A DNA stretch of 32,000 bases. Origin: Promethearchaeota archaeon (GTDB lineage Archaea; Asgardarchaeota; Lokiarchaeia; Sigyniarchaeales; Promethearchaeaceae). The DNA is taken from positions 30,001-62,000 of the forward strand of contig JAFGBS010000009.1 in NCBI GenBank assembly GCA_016933055.1. The letters are read 5' to 3'. Shown here one piece after another: positions 9,146-18,184 of this stretch (position 1 is its first letter; every line of letters begins with the position of its first letter). The notes below the pieces were generated by a model, which was given only the letters and a program-made list of their open reading frames with translations, was not told where the DNA came from and made no database searches. The position numbers were made by a program, and so were the translations under genes.

Positions 9146-9309
9146 TTCTGTTTATTTGGTACATTATTTTCATTTAAACCTACCAGTTTTCATTTTTTTT
9201 ATCATGAATTCTTGAATTAGTTGTCTGGTAGACAAGAATTATAATTAATCTACTATTTTCACTACTATTGTTACATTATTTCATATCTCTATAAATCAAT
9301 GAGGATACC

Positions 9310-9909
9310 ATGACAGAATTTTATTTGCGGACTCCTATTCCTCCAGAAGACCTTAAAAAAATCAAAATTGGGGATATTGTGTACATCACAGGAATTGTCG
9401 TAACTGTACGAGATGAAGCACATCTAAAAGCTTTAGAATTGCATAAAGAAGGCAAAAAGCTTCCCCTTAATTTTACTGGTGTAGGGCTGTTTCATTGCGG
9501 ACCTGTGATGATGAAAGATAAACATGGGAATTGGCAAGTTGTTGCCGCCGGACCGACCACTTCAGCTCGTATGGAGATATTCCAAGATGAGTTTATAAGA
9601 ATCTTCCACCCCGGGATCATCATCGGGAAAGGGGGGATGGGGGAGAGAACTACTCGAGCTTGCCAAGAGGAGACATGCATTTATGGATATTTCACGGGTG
9701 GAGCAGCTTTACTTGCAGCGGATAGAATTAAACGGGTACCAGATGTGTTTTGGTTAGAAGAGTTAGGGATGCCGGAATGCTTATGGGTGTATGAAGTGGA
9801 CAAATTCGGCCCTCTGACGATAACAATTGATGCTCATGGAGGAAACCTCACTATGCAAAGTAAAGCGAATATTGAAGCGAATAAAAAGAAAATTCTGGAG
9901 GAATTGTAG
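9310..9909 (+). CDS. ttdB: Class I fumarate hydratase / tartrate dehydratase beta subunit (FumA C-term/TtdB family)
   Basis: GDIVYITG..RDEAH, FHCGPV, AAGPTTSARM, IIGKGGMG, GGAA, FGPLTITID..G motifs. Symbol is the family name; substrate (fumarate vs tartrate) is not resolved. Confidence 0.92.
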   Translation: MTEFYLRTPIPPEDLKKIKIGDIVYITGIVVTVRDEAHLKALELHKEGKKLPLNFTGVGLFHCGPVMMKDKHGNWQVVAAGPTTSARMEIFQDEFIRIFHPGIIIGKGGMGERTTRACQEETCIYGYFTGGAALLAADRIKRVPDVFWLEELGMPECLWVYEVDKFGPLTITIDAHGGNLTMQSKANIEANKKKILEEL

Positions 9910-9912
9910 AAT

Positions 9913-10791
9913 ATGAAAGATATTGCACAAATTGTAGAAGATACCGCTATTGAATTATTGAAAATTGCTGCCACCCAGCTTCCTTCCGAAGTGAAAGAAA
10001 CTTTATTAAAAGCAGAAAGTGAGACTGAAGGTGCATTGGGAAAATCCCAATTGCATGCGATTAATGAAAACATAAGATTAGCGGAAACCCAAAGTAAACC
10101 TATGTGTCAAGATACAGGAGTTGTTGCATTTTTTATAACGATCGGAGATAAGTTTCCGATGCGTTCTGTAATAAAAACGGCCTTAGTCAATGCAACAAAA
10201 AAAGCAACTGAAAAAATACCGCTTCGACCCAATGCGGTTGACATTTTTGAGGGAAACACAAAGACGAACGTGGGTTTTAGAGGATACATTCCATGGTTTT
10301 ATTTCGATTTGGTAGAGGGGGATTCCTGTGAGATTATTGCTATGCCGAAAGGAGGGGGGAGTTCTAATGTCGGTATGATGAAAATGATTCCTCCTGGAAA
10401 AGGTATAAAAGGCATTAAAGAATTCGTTGTGGAAGCAGTTGCGGCTGCAGGACCTTTAGCATGTCCTCCCTATACAGTAGGAGTAGGTATTGGTGGAGGA
10501 GAAGATATTTGCATGAATCTAGCGAAACAAGCGTTACTTCGTCCTCTTTATCATTATCATGACGATGAGAAAATCGCATCCTTAGAGAAGGAGCTTTTGG
10601 AGGTACTGAATAAGCTCGAAATTGGAGTGATGGGATTAGGAGAAGGTCCCTCGATCCTCGATGTGCATCTAGAAGTAGCGGCACGGCATCCTGCAAGTCT
10701 CCCTGTTGGGGTGGTTATCTCGTGCTGGGCATTACGTCATGCGGGAGCAACTGTTGATAAAGATGGAAACATAAAGTGGCATCCTCACTAA
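9913..10791 (+). CDS. ttdA: Class I fumarate hydratase / tartrate dehydratase alpha subunit (TtdA family, Fe-S)
   Basis: PMCQDTG, MPKGGGS, ACPP..VGVGIGG, HPASLPV, SCWALRH motifs with three cluster Cys; 3 nt downstream of the beta subunit. Confidence 0.92.
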   Translation: MKDIAQIVEDTAIELLKIAATQLPSEVKETLLKAESETEGALGKSQLHAINENIRLAETQSKPMCQDTGVVAFFITIGDKFPMRSVIKTALVNATKKATEKIPLRPNAVDIFEGNTKTNVGFRGYIPWFYFDLVEGDSCEIIAMPKGGGSSNVGMMKMIPPGKGIKGIKEFVVEAVAAAGPLACPPYTVGVGIGGGEDICMNLAKQALLRPLYHYHDDEKIASLEKELLEVLNKLEIGVMGLGEGPSILDVHLEVAARHPASLPVGVVISCWALRHAGATVDKDGNIKWHPH

Positions 10792-10798
10792 TTTCATC

Positions 10799-10809
10799 AA
10801 AAAAAAAAA
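10799..10809 (-). terminator. Oligo-U terminator between convergent genes
   Basis: A11 on the plus strand 9 nt beyond the stop at 10819. Confidence 0.45.
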
Positions 10810-10818
10810 TAAAATGAA

Positions 10819-12027
10819 TTAAAATAATCCTAATGGAATCCCAATTGCTGCGATTGCGATTGCCACTGCGAGAAAAATTAACGCTGCTTTTATAGTAGAA
10901 AACGATTTCTTCTTCTTATACAACCACAATACGAGAAGTGAAGTGTAGGTCAGTAGTAGTACGAGCATAATGAAATTGCCCCAAATTTCTATACCTAAAT
11001 CTACTCCGATTGTCATATCCAATAAAAAGATCGGCAACTCTGAAATGAAATATACAAAAAATGGATACATTCCGAAGGCTCTTAAATATTTTAACTCCCA
11101 GTTTAGTTTGCGATCCATTAATGAGAAAATGAACAGACCAAAACACGTCACTCCAATTGATATCAAATTATGGGCAAAGGACACTTGACGTTTCGATGCC
11201 TCCCATCCTGGGATAAAATTAATTCCAATCCCGATCCCATAGTTAATGAGGGCAAAAATAAGCAAATTCCAATATTTCATTGATTCTTTTTTTGTTGGAT
11301 CTACCAAATAATCCCCAACTGCACTGGCGATAATGCTAATGGAAGCATACCCAAAAATGGATCCAAAAATCCCTCCATGACTGGATAATATTGCATAGTC
11401 CTTAAAAAAGGTCGTTACCATTAAAATCTGATAAATTAACCCCCATCCATAACCTACTATTAGTCGATATAATGGATTTCTGATTGAGATAAATAAAAAC
11501 GCTATAAGACCAGCAACTGCTATAGAAGGCAGTACATCCCATCCGATAATGATATATTCATACCCCAAGACGTAATCATACCTTACTTTATAAAGTCCTT
11601 GGTCGACTACTACAATCAGCGCCCCTAACACAAATAATACTCCATACCGGATGAGTACATGCATAATCGCCTTATTTTTTCCCTTCTCTTCTACCCGTCT
11701 ACGATAGGCAACATTCAAGAGGATTCCCAAAATAAAAATAAAAGCTGCGGCACCCACGTCATATAGTGTCATATACGTCGCACCTCTAGGTGCGTGGTCA
11801 AATATATAATGGAGAATTATACTGAAATCTGCTTCTTTCCAGACTTCTGGGGGAAAAACTAGCGTTATAACCAAGTATAGAACAATGAATCCACGACCTT
11901 GATCGATAAATCTCAATCTTTTATGTTCGCGTTCGGTATCTAACTGGTCTGGCACGTTTACTTCAGCATTTGAATTTTTTTTTTCTAGTGTCATTATTTT
12001 CACATTCTTTGAGTAATGGAAAATCAT
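10819..12027 (-). CDS. HGSNAT/NagX-like (DUF5009/DUF1624 clan) multi-pass membrane acetyltransferase
   Basis: RLRFIDQGRG and HAP...TLYDVGAAAFIFILG (cf. HGSNAT R..SLD.FRG and H..W.G.T.AD.VFP.F.FI.G), VL..IA, many TM helices. Alternative start ATG at 11994. Confidence 0.75.
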   Translation of the reverse strand: MIFHYSKNVKIMTLEKKNSNAEVNVPDQLDTEREHKRLRFIDQGRGFIVLYLVITLVFPPEVWKEADFSIILHYIFDHAPRGATYMTLYDVGAAAFIFILGILLNVAYRRRVEEKGKNKAIMHVLIRYGVLFVLGALIVVVDQGLYKVRYDYVLGYEYIIIGWDVLPSIAVAGLIAFLFISIRNPLYRLIVGYGWGLIYQILMVTTFFKDYAILSSHGGIFGSIFGYASISIIASAVGDYLVDPTKKESMKYWNLLIFALINYGIGIGINFIPGWEASKRQVSFAHNLISIGVTCFGLFIFSLMDRKLNWELKYLRAFGMYPFFVYFISELPIFLLDMTIGVDLGIEIWGNFIMLVLLLTYTSLLVLWLYKKKKSFSTIKAALIFLAVAIAIAAIGIPLGLF

Positions 12028-12178
12028 ACGATCTTTTGTGAATCGAATATATAATGATTTAGTTCAGAACCAGAAAAAATTGTATTGGAGTGATTTTATT
12101 AATTAACTGTTGGTTTTTGGAATACCTAATATAGACCCCGTAATTAATTTGAATCAACCTTTAATTTGGGGTGTCGGA

Positions 12179-13123
12179 ATGAATACTGTATTCGAAATTC
12201 AGCAAGTTTCCAAACAATATCGAGACCTTATAGCATTAGATAATATTTCTCTTGATATTAACCAAGGAGAAATTCTTGGATATATAGGTCCGAATGGTGC
12301 TGGTAAAACAACTACAATTAAAATTTTAGTCGGATTGATTAAACAGTATCAAGGATCGGTATTATACCAAGGTAAAAATATCAAAACTTCTGAAATTTCT
12401 AGTTTGTTGCATAAAGAACTTGGATATTTACCGCAAGAAGTAGATTTTCAACAATGGAGGACCGTAAAACATGCCCTTACAACATTTGGATTACTTTCTG
12501 GAATACCCAGAGAGATTTTAAATGACTCCATCGTATCTACACTAAAGCTTGTGGGATTATCTGACGTAGAAAATAAAAAAATTGTTCATTTGTCTGGTGG
12601 GATGAAGCAGAAACTGAAATTGGCACAAGCGTTAATGCATAATCCGAAATTTTTGATCTTAGATGAACCGATGTCGGGATTAGACCCAAGTTTCCGCTAT
12701 CAAGTAAAAAATATAATTAAAATCCTTCATCAACAAGGAATCACGATCTTTTTATCATCGCACATTTTAAGTGATATCGAAAATTTAGCAACCCGAATTG
12801 CAATCATCCATCAAGGGAAAATAAAGAAAATTGGAACTCCTTCGGAGCTAAGTGAAGAATTTCGCATTGGGAATGACATTGAAATAATGTATATAAAAGG
12901 AAGTCCCCAGATACGGAAAGATGATTTAAACTGTATTCAATCGATAACCCAAGAATCTGGGATCAATCATATAATCCATAGTAGCCCTGAGGTAGAGACC
13001 GATGAATGCATAAAGATATTACTTCGCTACATTTTGGACAATGGAATCAAAATAAGAACGCTCTCTCTCAGAGAACCCGATTTAGAAGATGTATATTTAC
13101 ATTACGTAAGGGAGGCGTACTAA
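12179..13123 (+). CDS. ABC-2 type exporter ATP-binding subunit
   Basis: Walker A GPNGAGKTT, Q-loop YLPQ, signature LSGGMKQK, Walker B LILDEP, H-loop SSH. ATG at 12179 preferred over the longer ORF start at 12110. Confidence 0.95.
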   Translation: MNTVFEIQQVSKQYRDLIALDNISLDINQGEILGYIGPNGAGKTTTIKILVGLIKQYQGSVLYQGKNIKTSEISSLLHKELGYLPQEVDFQQWRTVKHALTTFGLLSGIPREILNDSIVSTLKLVGLSDVENKKIVHLSGGMKQKLKLAQALMHNPKFLILDEPMSGLDPSFRYQVKNIIKILHQQGITIFLSSHILSDIENLATRIAIIHQGKIKKIGTPSELSEEFRIGNDIEIMYIKGSPQIRKDDLNCIQSITQESGINHIIHSSPEVETDECIKILLRYILDNGIKIRTLSLREPDLEDVYLHYVREAY

Positions 13124-13800
13124 TGATGGGTAAATCAAAACTGGGATTATTATATTTAGATGAGTTGAAAGGGTACTATAAGTCGAAATTAATGCTTGTA
13201 TTATGGATCGGGCTGCCCCTTCTTTCATTTCTTATGCAATATTTGCAACCAAATGCCGAGGAGATCCCCTTATCGATATTCGTTGCCATTTTAGTAGGTT
13301 CTATCGGAGGAACACTCTCTTCAGTATTAATCAGCACGACGATTACTAGTGAACGCAATCGCAATGTATATGACTTATTTCTGATTCGACCCGTTAAACG
13401 CTGGGAAATTATAATTGCAAAGTATTTTGCAGTTCTCACGTGTTTATTATTCGCCGTGGTGATAAGCGTAGTAATGGGAATTATCGTGGATATAATAAAA
13501 ATTGGAACACCTATATCAGAATTACTTAAAATTAATGCACAGAGTTTAATTGTGGCGTTTATGTCAATCTGTATAGCATGCTCAATCGGAATTTTCTTCG
13601 GTATAATAATCAATTCTGTTGCAGTTTCTGCAGTATTATCGGTATATCTCGGAAATCAAATATCTGCAATCGTTATATTACCAACGGTCTTGATTCCCGA
13701 AATTAACGTCATATTTTATGCAATTCTAGTGGGAGTAGGAGTGAGCATATTGATTCTAGCAATATCCATTATTATATTCTCGAAAAAGTCTCAATACTAA
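13123..13800 (+). CDS. ABC-2 type exporter permease
   Basis: About six TM helices with the SER...YDLFLIRPVKRWEIIIAKY motif. TAATG stop/start overlap and GGAGG at 13111-13115. Confidence 0.9.
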   Translation: MMGKSKLGLLYLDELKGYYKSKLMLVLWIGLPLLSFLMQYLQPNAEEIPLSIFVAILVGSIGGTLSSVLISTTITSERNRNVYDLFLIRPVKRWEIIIAKYFAVLTCLLFAVVISVVMGIIVDIIKIGTPISELLKINAQSLIVAFMSICIACSIGIFFGIIINSVAVSAVLSVYLGNQISAIVILPTVLIPEINVIFYAILVGVGVSILILAISIIIFSKKSQY

Positions 13801-13995
13801 TTTATTTTCTTTACCTAAATTTAGTTTCTCCGTATGTCATTAACAAGAAAGTTCCAGAATAGCTAGATTTTCTTGAAACATAGTGTACTTATAGTCGATC
13901 CTATCGTGAATATTTGATGGAATTGTTGGGAACTGTTCAAAACTTAATATAAAACGGTAGATCAACTTTGTTGTAAGAATGAAAAAAAGAGAAAC

Positions 13996-15690
13996 TTAAA
14001 AATCAAATCTGTCGACGGGCTGGATATTCATATCAGAGCCTATTTCTTCGTATGCGATTACAGGAAGTTTAGGTAACAAAGATGCAATTAATGTTCGAAC
14101 TTTGTGACGGATATCTCCATTCGTTATTATCGTTGCTTTTACTGCATTTATTGGATCGCCGATTTTATTGATAAAGGCTTTTAGTAATTTTAAACGCATA
14201 TTCTCGTCAATGACTGCAGTTTCATTAATCGCTTTTTCCAGTTTATCATTTAATAAGTAACAGACAAGGCTTTTTCGATCCATTCCCCTTCCATAGGTCC
14301 AAGATATGAATAGTTGTTGAGATATTCGTAACTCCTTGACGATTTCTGAGATGTAGATATTAGGATTACTCGAGTAGAATTCCTTTATGTTTCGTAATTC
14401 AATGATCTTTTCCAACAGTGCGGGTAAATTCCGAATAGAAAGCTCCTCTTCCAGAAAAGATCTTAATATACACGTTAGTTCGGCCATGGAGTACTGTTGT
14501 TCCACTGCTTTAATTAGAAAGGGATATTGTTGTTTCAACTTATTAAGGAGAATATTAGTAGTCTCTATAGAGAGAAACATACAGGCATTCCCTCGAATCA
14601 AGGCAGATAATGCCAAAAATAGATATTGAGTTGTATTCCAAGTAACTAATCCTGCCCTCTCGCAAAATCCCACGGATTCGGACTCCGTAATAATTGCTTG
14701 TTCGGAATAATTCGCCGGATTAAATGCTTTTCTCCCTTGAACTCCAATTAGCTTAAGACGATCTACTGTATCATTCACAAGGTATTCATTTTCTCCCATC
14801 ATTTTGAGGGGAAGGAAACGTAAATCATTTATTTTAAACCTACACTCCCATTCTCGCAATCGATAATCCAAAGAAATCTCGGGTTTGGGAAGAAATAATC
14901 CCAATTCATAAAATAAACCTTCTAATGTCATGGCAATTCCATCATTGAATGTATCGATTTTAGTTACAGGATGCTTGTTTGAGGTTGCTTGTTCTCTTTT
15001 CTCTTCTTCCTCCTCATATTTTCGGTACATTTCGTCATTCAGAAGAATCTCAATATTGATATTATCCATTGAAAACGCATTTTCATGGTAGAATAAAGGT
15101 ATTGGGTTTTCTACATCGTCATATTTTGAAATTTCTTCAATATATCTGTTAATTGATATACCATGGCGAATACAAGATTCTAAAGCTTCATGAAACTGCG
15201 ACTTCGAATATTGTTTTAGAATATCTCCATGAAGGCTTGACCAAGATTCCAAGATTAAAGCGGAAAGAGATTCAGTCAATAAAATTTGACGATTTTCAAG
15301 GATTCCCTTAGATATTTTGATAGCGAGTTCATTTCCCTCGGTAATTTTCTCGTGTGGTTCGTCTAATCGATAAATAACGCGCTTATGGTTTACATAGGTA
15401 ATATAGGGAACTCCCAACATCTCGATTTTTTCATCTGCAACTGTAACATCCAAGGAAATTTCGAATGGTAATGCCAAATCTCTGACAATTCCTTCGATGA
15501 ATAAATGTAATTTCTGGTGAAATTCTTGATGTTCTTCCTTCCCGAGGGTAGCAAAATTCTTCAATGAGGAATCTAATTTCACTTCTATCAGAATACTATC
15601 CGATTTTTGCTGTTCCGTTGGGGGAGATGATTTGATCTCTCTCTCGGAGGGGATTTTATCCAAATTCGTTTTCTCCTCAGACAATTTCAA
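13996..15690 (-). CDS. Soluble FHIPEP (FlhA/SctV cytoplasmic domain) protein; degenerate N-terminal copy plus full C-terminal copy
   Basis: LFYELGLFLPKPEI, RFKIND, NPAN, ILRSFLEEELSIRNLPALLE, IRHKVRTLI...LPVIAYEEIGSDMNIQPV match the FlhA/LcrD C-domain. No TM segments. The start may be TTG at 15684 (AGGAG 9 nt upstream). Confidence 0.88.
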   Translation of the reverse strand: MKLSEEKTNLDKIPSEREIKSSPPTEQQKSDSILIEVKLDSSLKNFATLGKEEHQEFHQKLHLFIEGIVRDLALPFEISLDVTVADEKIEMLGVPYITYVNHKRVIYRLDEPHEKITEGNELAIKISKGILENRQILLTESLSALILESWSSLHGDILKQYSKSQFHEALESCIRHGISINRYIEEISKYDDVENPIPLFYHENAFSMDNINIEILLNDEMYRKYEEEEEKREQATSNKHPVTKIDTFNDGIAMTLEGLFYELGLFLPKPEISLDYRLREWECRFKINDLRFLPLKMMGENEYLVNDTVDRLKLIGVQGRKAFNPANYSEQAIITESESVGFCERAGLVTWNTTQYLFLALSALIRGNACMFLSIETTNILLNKLKQQYPFLIKAVEQQYSMAELTCILRSFLEEELSIRNLPALLEKIIELRNIKEFYSSNPNIYISEIVKELRISQQLFISWTYGRGMDRKSLVCYLLNDKLEKAINETAVIDENMRLKLLKAFINKIGDPINAVKATIITNGDIRHKVRTLIASLLPKLPVIAYEEIGSDMNIQPVDRFDF

Positions 15691-17683
15691 TCTCTCCTTT
15701 TATTCGATTTAGTAAAAATCGCTGCAATTCATTGCGAGACAAGCAAGGGATTTTAAATTCTATATTAATTAATTCTTGTGTAAATTCGCGGATTGAGGGA
15801 TTTTTCACCGCAATAGCCATATCCTTATATTGAGTAGAATATTCACGTATTTTGGACAGAATATTCACCACAGCGCTTGGATCCATATCCAAAATTTTTT
15901 GATATCCCGCATCCTTTATCGAATTCTTGATCTTCTCTTCGATTTTATCACCCAATTGGAATATTTGAAAATTTTCGTCATTGCCTGGTAGAACATTGCG
16001 AATACTCGGTAATAAGCGCATGTTCTGGTAAGTTTCTGTAAGATCTTTATTCTCAGATAAGCAAGTATTAAATTCTTGAACTATTGCCTCAAGTGAAGTG
16101 ATCGGAATTTTGTCTTTCACCAATTTTCGTAGTATTTGCGTAAATGCACTCAGATTCTTTTCTTCTATCTCAAATGTTGCTACTCCATAAAGGATATTCT
16201 TAACGAAATCATGCCCAACAAAATCTCCCAGATGTTCTTCAATAATGGGTCGAATTGCATTCATTAAAGATTTGATGATCATTGTTTCGTTCTTATTCAC
16301 TGAACCTTTTCCTACTTGAACTTCATCTACTAAGACCGTAAAGTCCTGCGGTCCTAGATTGTTGTTATCTCGGAATCGGATTCCCGGTATTTTCACTCCA
16401 TAAGTATTAAGTATTCTTTTCCGGATTTCTTCGACTTCTTCTAATGTTTCTTTACGGAGGTCATTAGAAGAAGGGACGATTATCGCATTCATTATATCAC
16501 TACCAATTTCTACTGCAAGGGGATTGACTCTTGGAATTTTATCCGCAATCTCTTCCCCATATTTTGAAAGACTCTTCATCCGATCATAATTCTCCTTATA
16601 GATTTTTTTATCGGGATTCAGTTTGTAGGCTTCTTTGAAGTACTGTAAAGCTTGATCAAAGGATATTCTCTGTGTCTGCTTTTTGGTTACCTCTTTTGCC
16701 GAATCCGTTACTTTTAAGTCTTCTTTCTTTTCCCATCCTTGGGCTGATTTGAAGTAAAATTCTGCCACTTCTTCACTATAATTGTCTTTTTCCTCAGGAG
16801 TCATTTTATTCAGTTCTTGGATAGCACGAGAATGTTTTTTCTGTTCAACAAACACCTTTGCAACTTCTAGTTTATGGTTGATATCGTCGTAAGCGGGTAC
16901 CAGATCATATATATCTTCAGTATAAGCATAATGTCCCGTTATGAGTACAAGTTCCTTTGGATCAATACTGGGGTCTTCTTTTAATACATCTTTCCACCCC
17001 TCTAATTTTCCCACTTCTTGAAAATCTTCGGTAGAAAGATCTAACATCATTTGTCCCTTGACCTCCTTTTGGCGTAAAAAACCGATTTGTACCCTGAAAC
17101 AATACGTACCATGCCCGTGAATCGTTATTGGGAAAATATATTTTCTTCCTTCACCTTGTTTGTAGCGATATTCTAAAATATCCCTACTTCGATATTGCCA
17201 GTGGCTTTGATTACAATTCCCATCATATCTTACTATCTTCTCTCCCTCTTTTTCACTGGAAAACGGAGTTAATAGAGCCTTTCCTTCTAAGGATGGATTA
17301 TAGGTGACATTGGGTAGAGTTTTTTTATTATATTCTAATTTTTGGCGGAAAAAGATGGTGTAACTTTCCTCTTTCTCGAACAACAAGGTGGGTCTTTCAG
17401 TTTCGCTTTTGGGACGGTATTGCCATAAATTGATAATAAACCATGACGGTATTGTCATAATTTTACCGGCATTTTGTAAGTCAATTGTTAAAAATAAAAT
17501 TCGATCATAGCCTGTTTTTTTTATTTCTGTTGAGAGTTTAATCTCCATGGTAGGAATCCATTTTCCAAATAATTCCTCTTCCTCTTTTTGTGCTAATTTT
17601 GCAAGGCGTAGGGATGCTAGAGCAATGGCAAGACTGGCAGTTGCTACTAGAATTTCGGAAATTGTTGCAATATCCACTGCCAT
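15677..17683 (-). CDS. Membrane-anchored fusion: single TM + beta-sandwich-like domain + TPR-like repeats + FHIPEP (FlhA/SctV C-terminal) domain
   Basis: N-terminal hydrophobic helix ILVATASLAIALASL. TPR-like FDQALQYFKEAYKLNP. VNPLAVEIG, IRKRILNTYGVKIPGIRFRDN, ILRKLVKDKIPITSL, IRE..IPCLSRNEL are FHIPEP hallmarks. AGGAGG lies upstream of the ATG. Confidence 0.88.
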   Translation of the reverse strand: MAVDIATISEILVATASLAIALASLRLAKLAQKEEEELFGKWIPTMEIKLSTEIKKTGYDRILFLTIDLQNAGKIMTIPSWFIINLWQYRPKSETERPTLLFEKEESYTIFFRQKLEYNKKTLPNVTYNPSLEGKALLTPFSSEKEGEKIVRYDGNCNQSHWQYRSRDILEYRYKQGEGRKYIFPITIHGHGTYCFRVQIGFLRQKEVKGQMMLDLSTEDFQEVGKLEGWKDVLKEDPSIDPKELVLITGHYAYTEDIYDLVPAYDDINHKLEVAKVFVEQKKHSRAIQELNKMTPEEKDNYSEEVAEFYFKSAQGWEKKEDLKVTDSAKEVTKKQTQRISFDQALQYFKEAYKLNPDKKIYKENYDRMKSLSKYGEEIADKIPRVNPLAVEIGSDIMNAIIVPSSNDLRKETLEEVEEIRKRILNTYGVKIPGIRFRDNNNLGPQDFTVLVDEVQVGKGSVNKNETMIIKSLMNAIRPIIEEHLGDFVGHDFVKNILYGVATFEIEEKNLSAFTQILRKLVKDKIPITSLEAIVQEFNTCLSENKDLTETYQNMRLLPSIRNVLPGNDENFQIFQLGDKIEEKIKNSIKDAGYQKILDMDPSAVVNILSKIREYSTQYKDMAIAVKNPSIREFTQELINIEFKIPCLSRNELQRFLLNRIKGEIEIV

Positions 17684-18162
17684 TATTTTTTAACCTCCTT
17701 TTTTTGTTGTGCTGCAAGCAGTAACTTCGCACGGTCTAACCACGGACTCGGAGTATTTAAATTTGGATTGGTGAGTATTTCTTCTAAATTCTTTATGGCA
17801 TCTTTTTCTTTTTCGCTCATAATCAGGCATTCAGAACGGTACACATGACTTACGATGTCTCTCGAATCATTCGCCAACGCCATATCATACCCGGCAATTG
17901 CTTCCTCGTAATTCTCCATTTGTTGATTAACTGCACCGTAAGCCCTCCAATAATGATTAGTATATGGAGCAATAGTAGTGAGAAGAATGAAGATATCTTT
18001 GGCTGCCTTGTAGTTACCGATAGTGAATTGGTTGTATCCTAGTGCATAGAGGTCCTCGCACTCTGCATCACTGGGGTTGTTTTTTTGTTTTAGACGGATT
18101 AAACCATCATAATATCCATGAATTAGATATTCAAGATATTTACCCGTCGTTTTTTCTATCAT
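17683..18162 (-). CDS. LcrH/SycD-family (class II T3SS chaperone-like) TPR protein
   Basis: EDLYALGYNQF..GNY..A..IF.LL....PY...YW.AYGA..QQM.NY.EAI..Y..A...D.......Y.SECL matches the SycD/LcrH/IpgC pattern and size (159 aa). Stop overlaps the next ATG (TAATG). Confidence 0.8.
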   Translation of the reverse strand: MIEKTTGKYLEYLIHGYYDGLIRLKQKNNPSDAECEDLYALGYNQFTIGNYKAAKDIFILLTTIAPYTNHYWRAYGAVNQQMENYEEAIAGYDMALANDSRDIVSHVYRSECLIMSEKEKDAIKNLEEILTNPNLNTPSPWLDRAKLLLAAQQKKEVKK

Positions 18163-18184
18163 GAAAACCGCATTGGTTTTTGGA

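Noticed and set aside
9310-10791. Hydratase beta subunit placed before alpha
   Set aside because: The order is reversed relative to many genomes, but subunit order varies; not a meaningful novelty.
12110-13122. Extended starts for the ABC genes (12110 and 13006)
   Set aside because: Better ATG starts exist at 12179 and 13123 (the latter with GGAGG and TAATG coupling); the extensions are not protein-like.
13996-18162. Interpretation as a complete flagellar or injectisome export apparatus
   Set aside because: No TM export-gate domain and no SctR/S/T/U, ATPase, ring or filament genes in the window; only the cytoplasmic domain and a chaperone are present.
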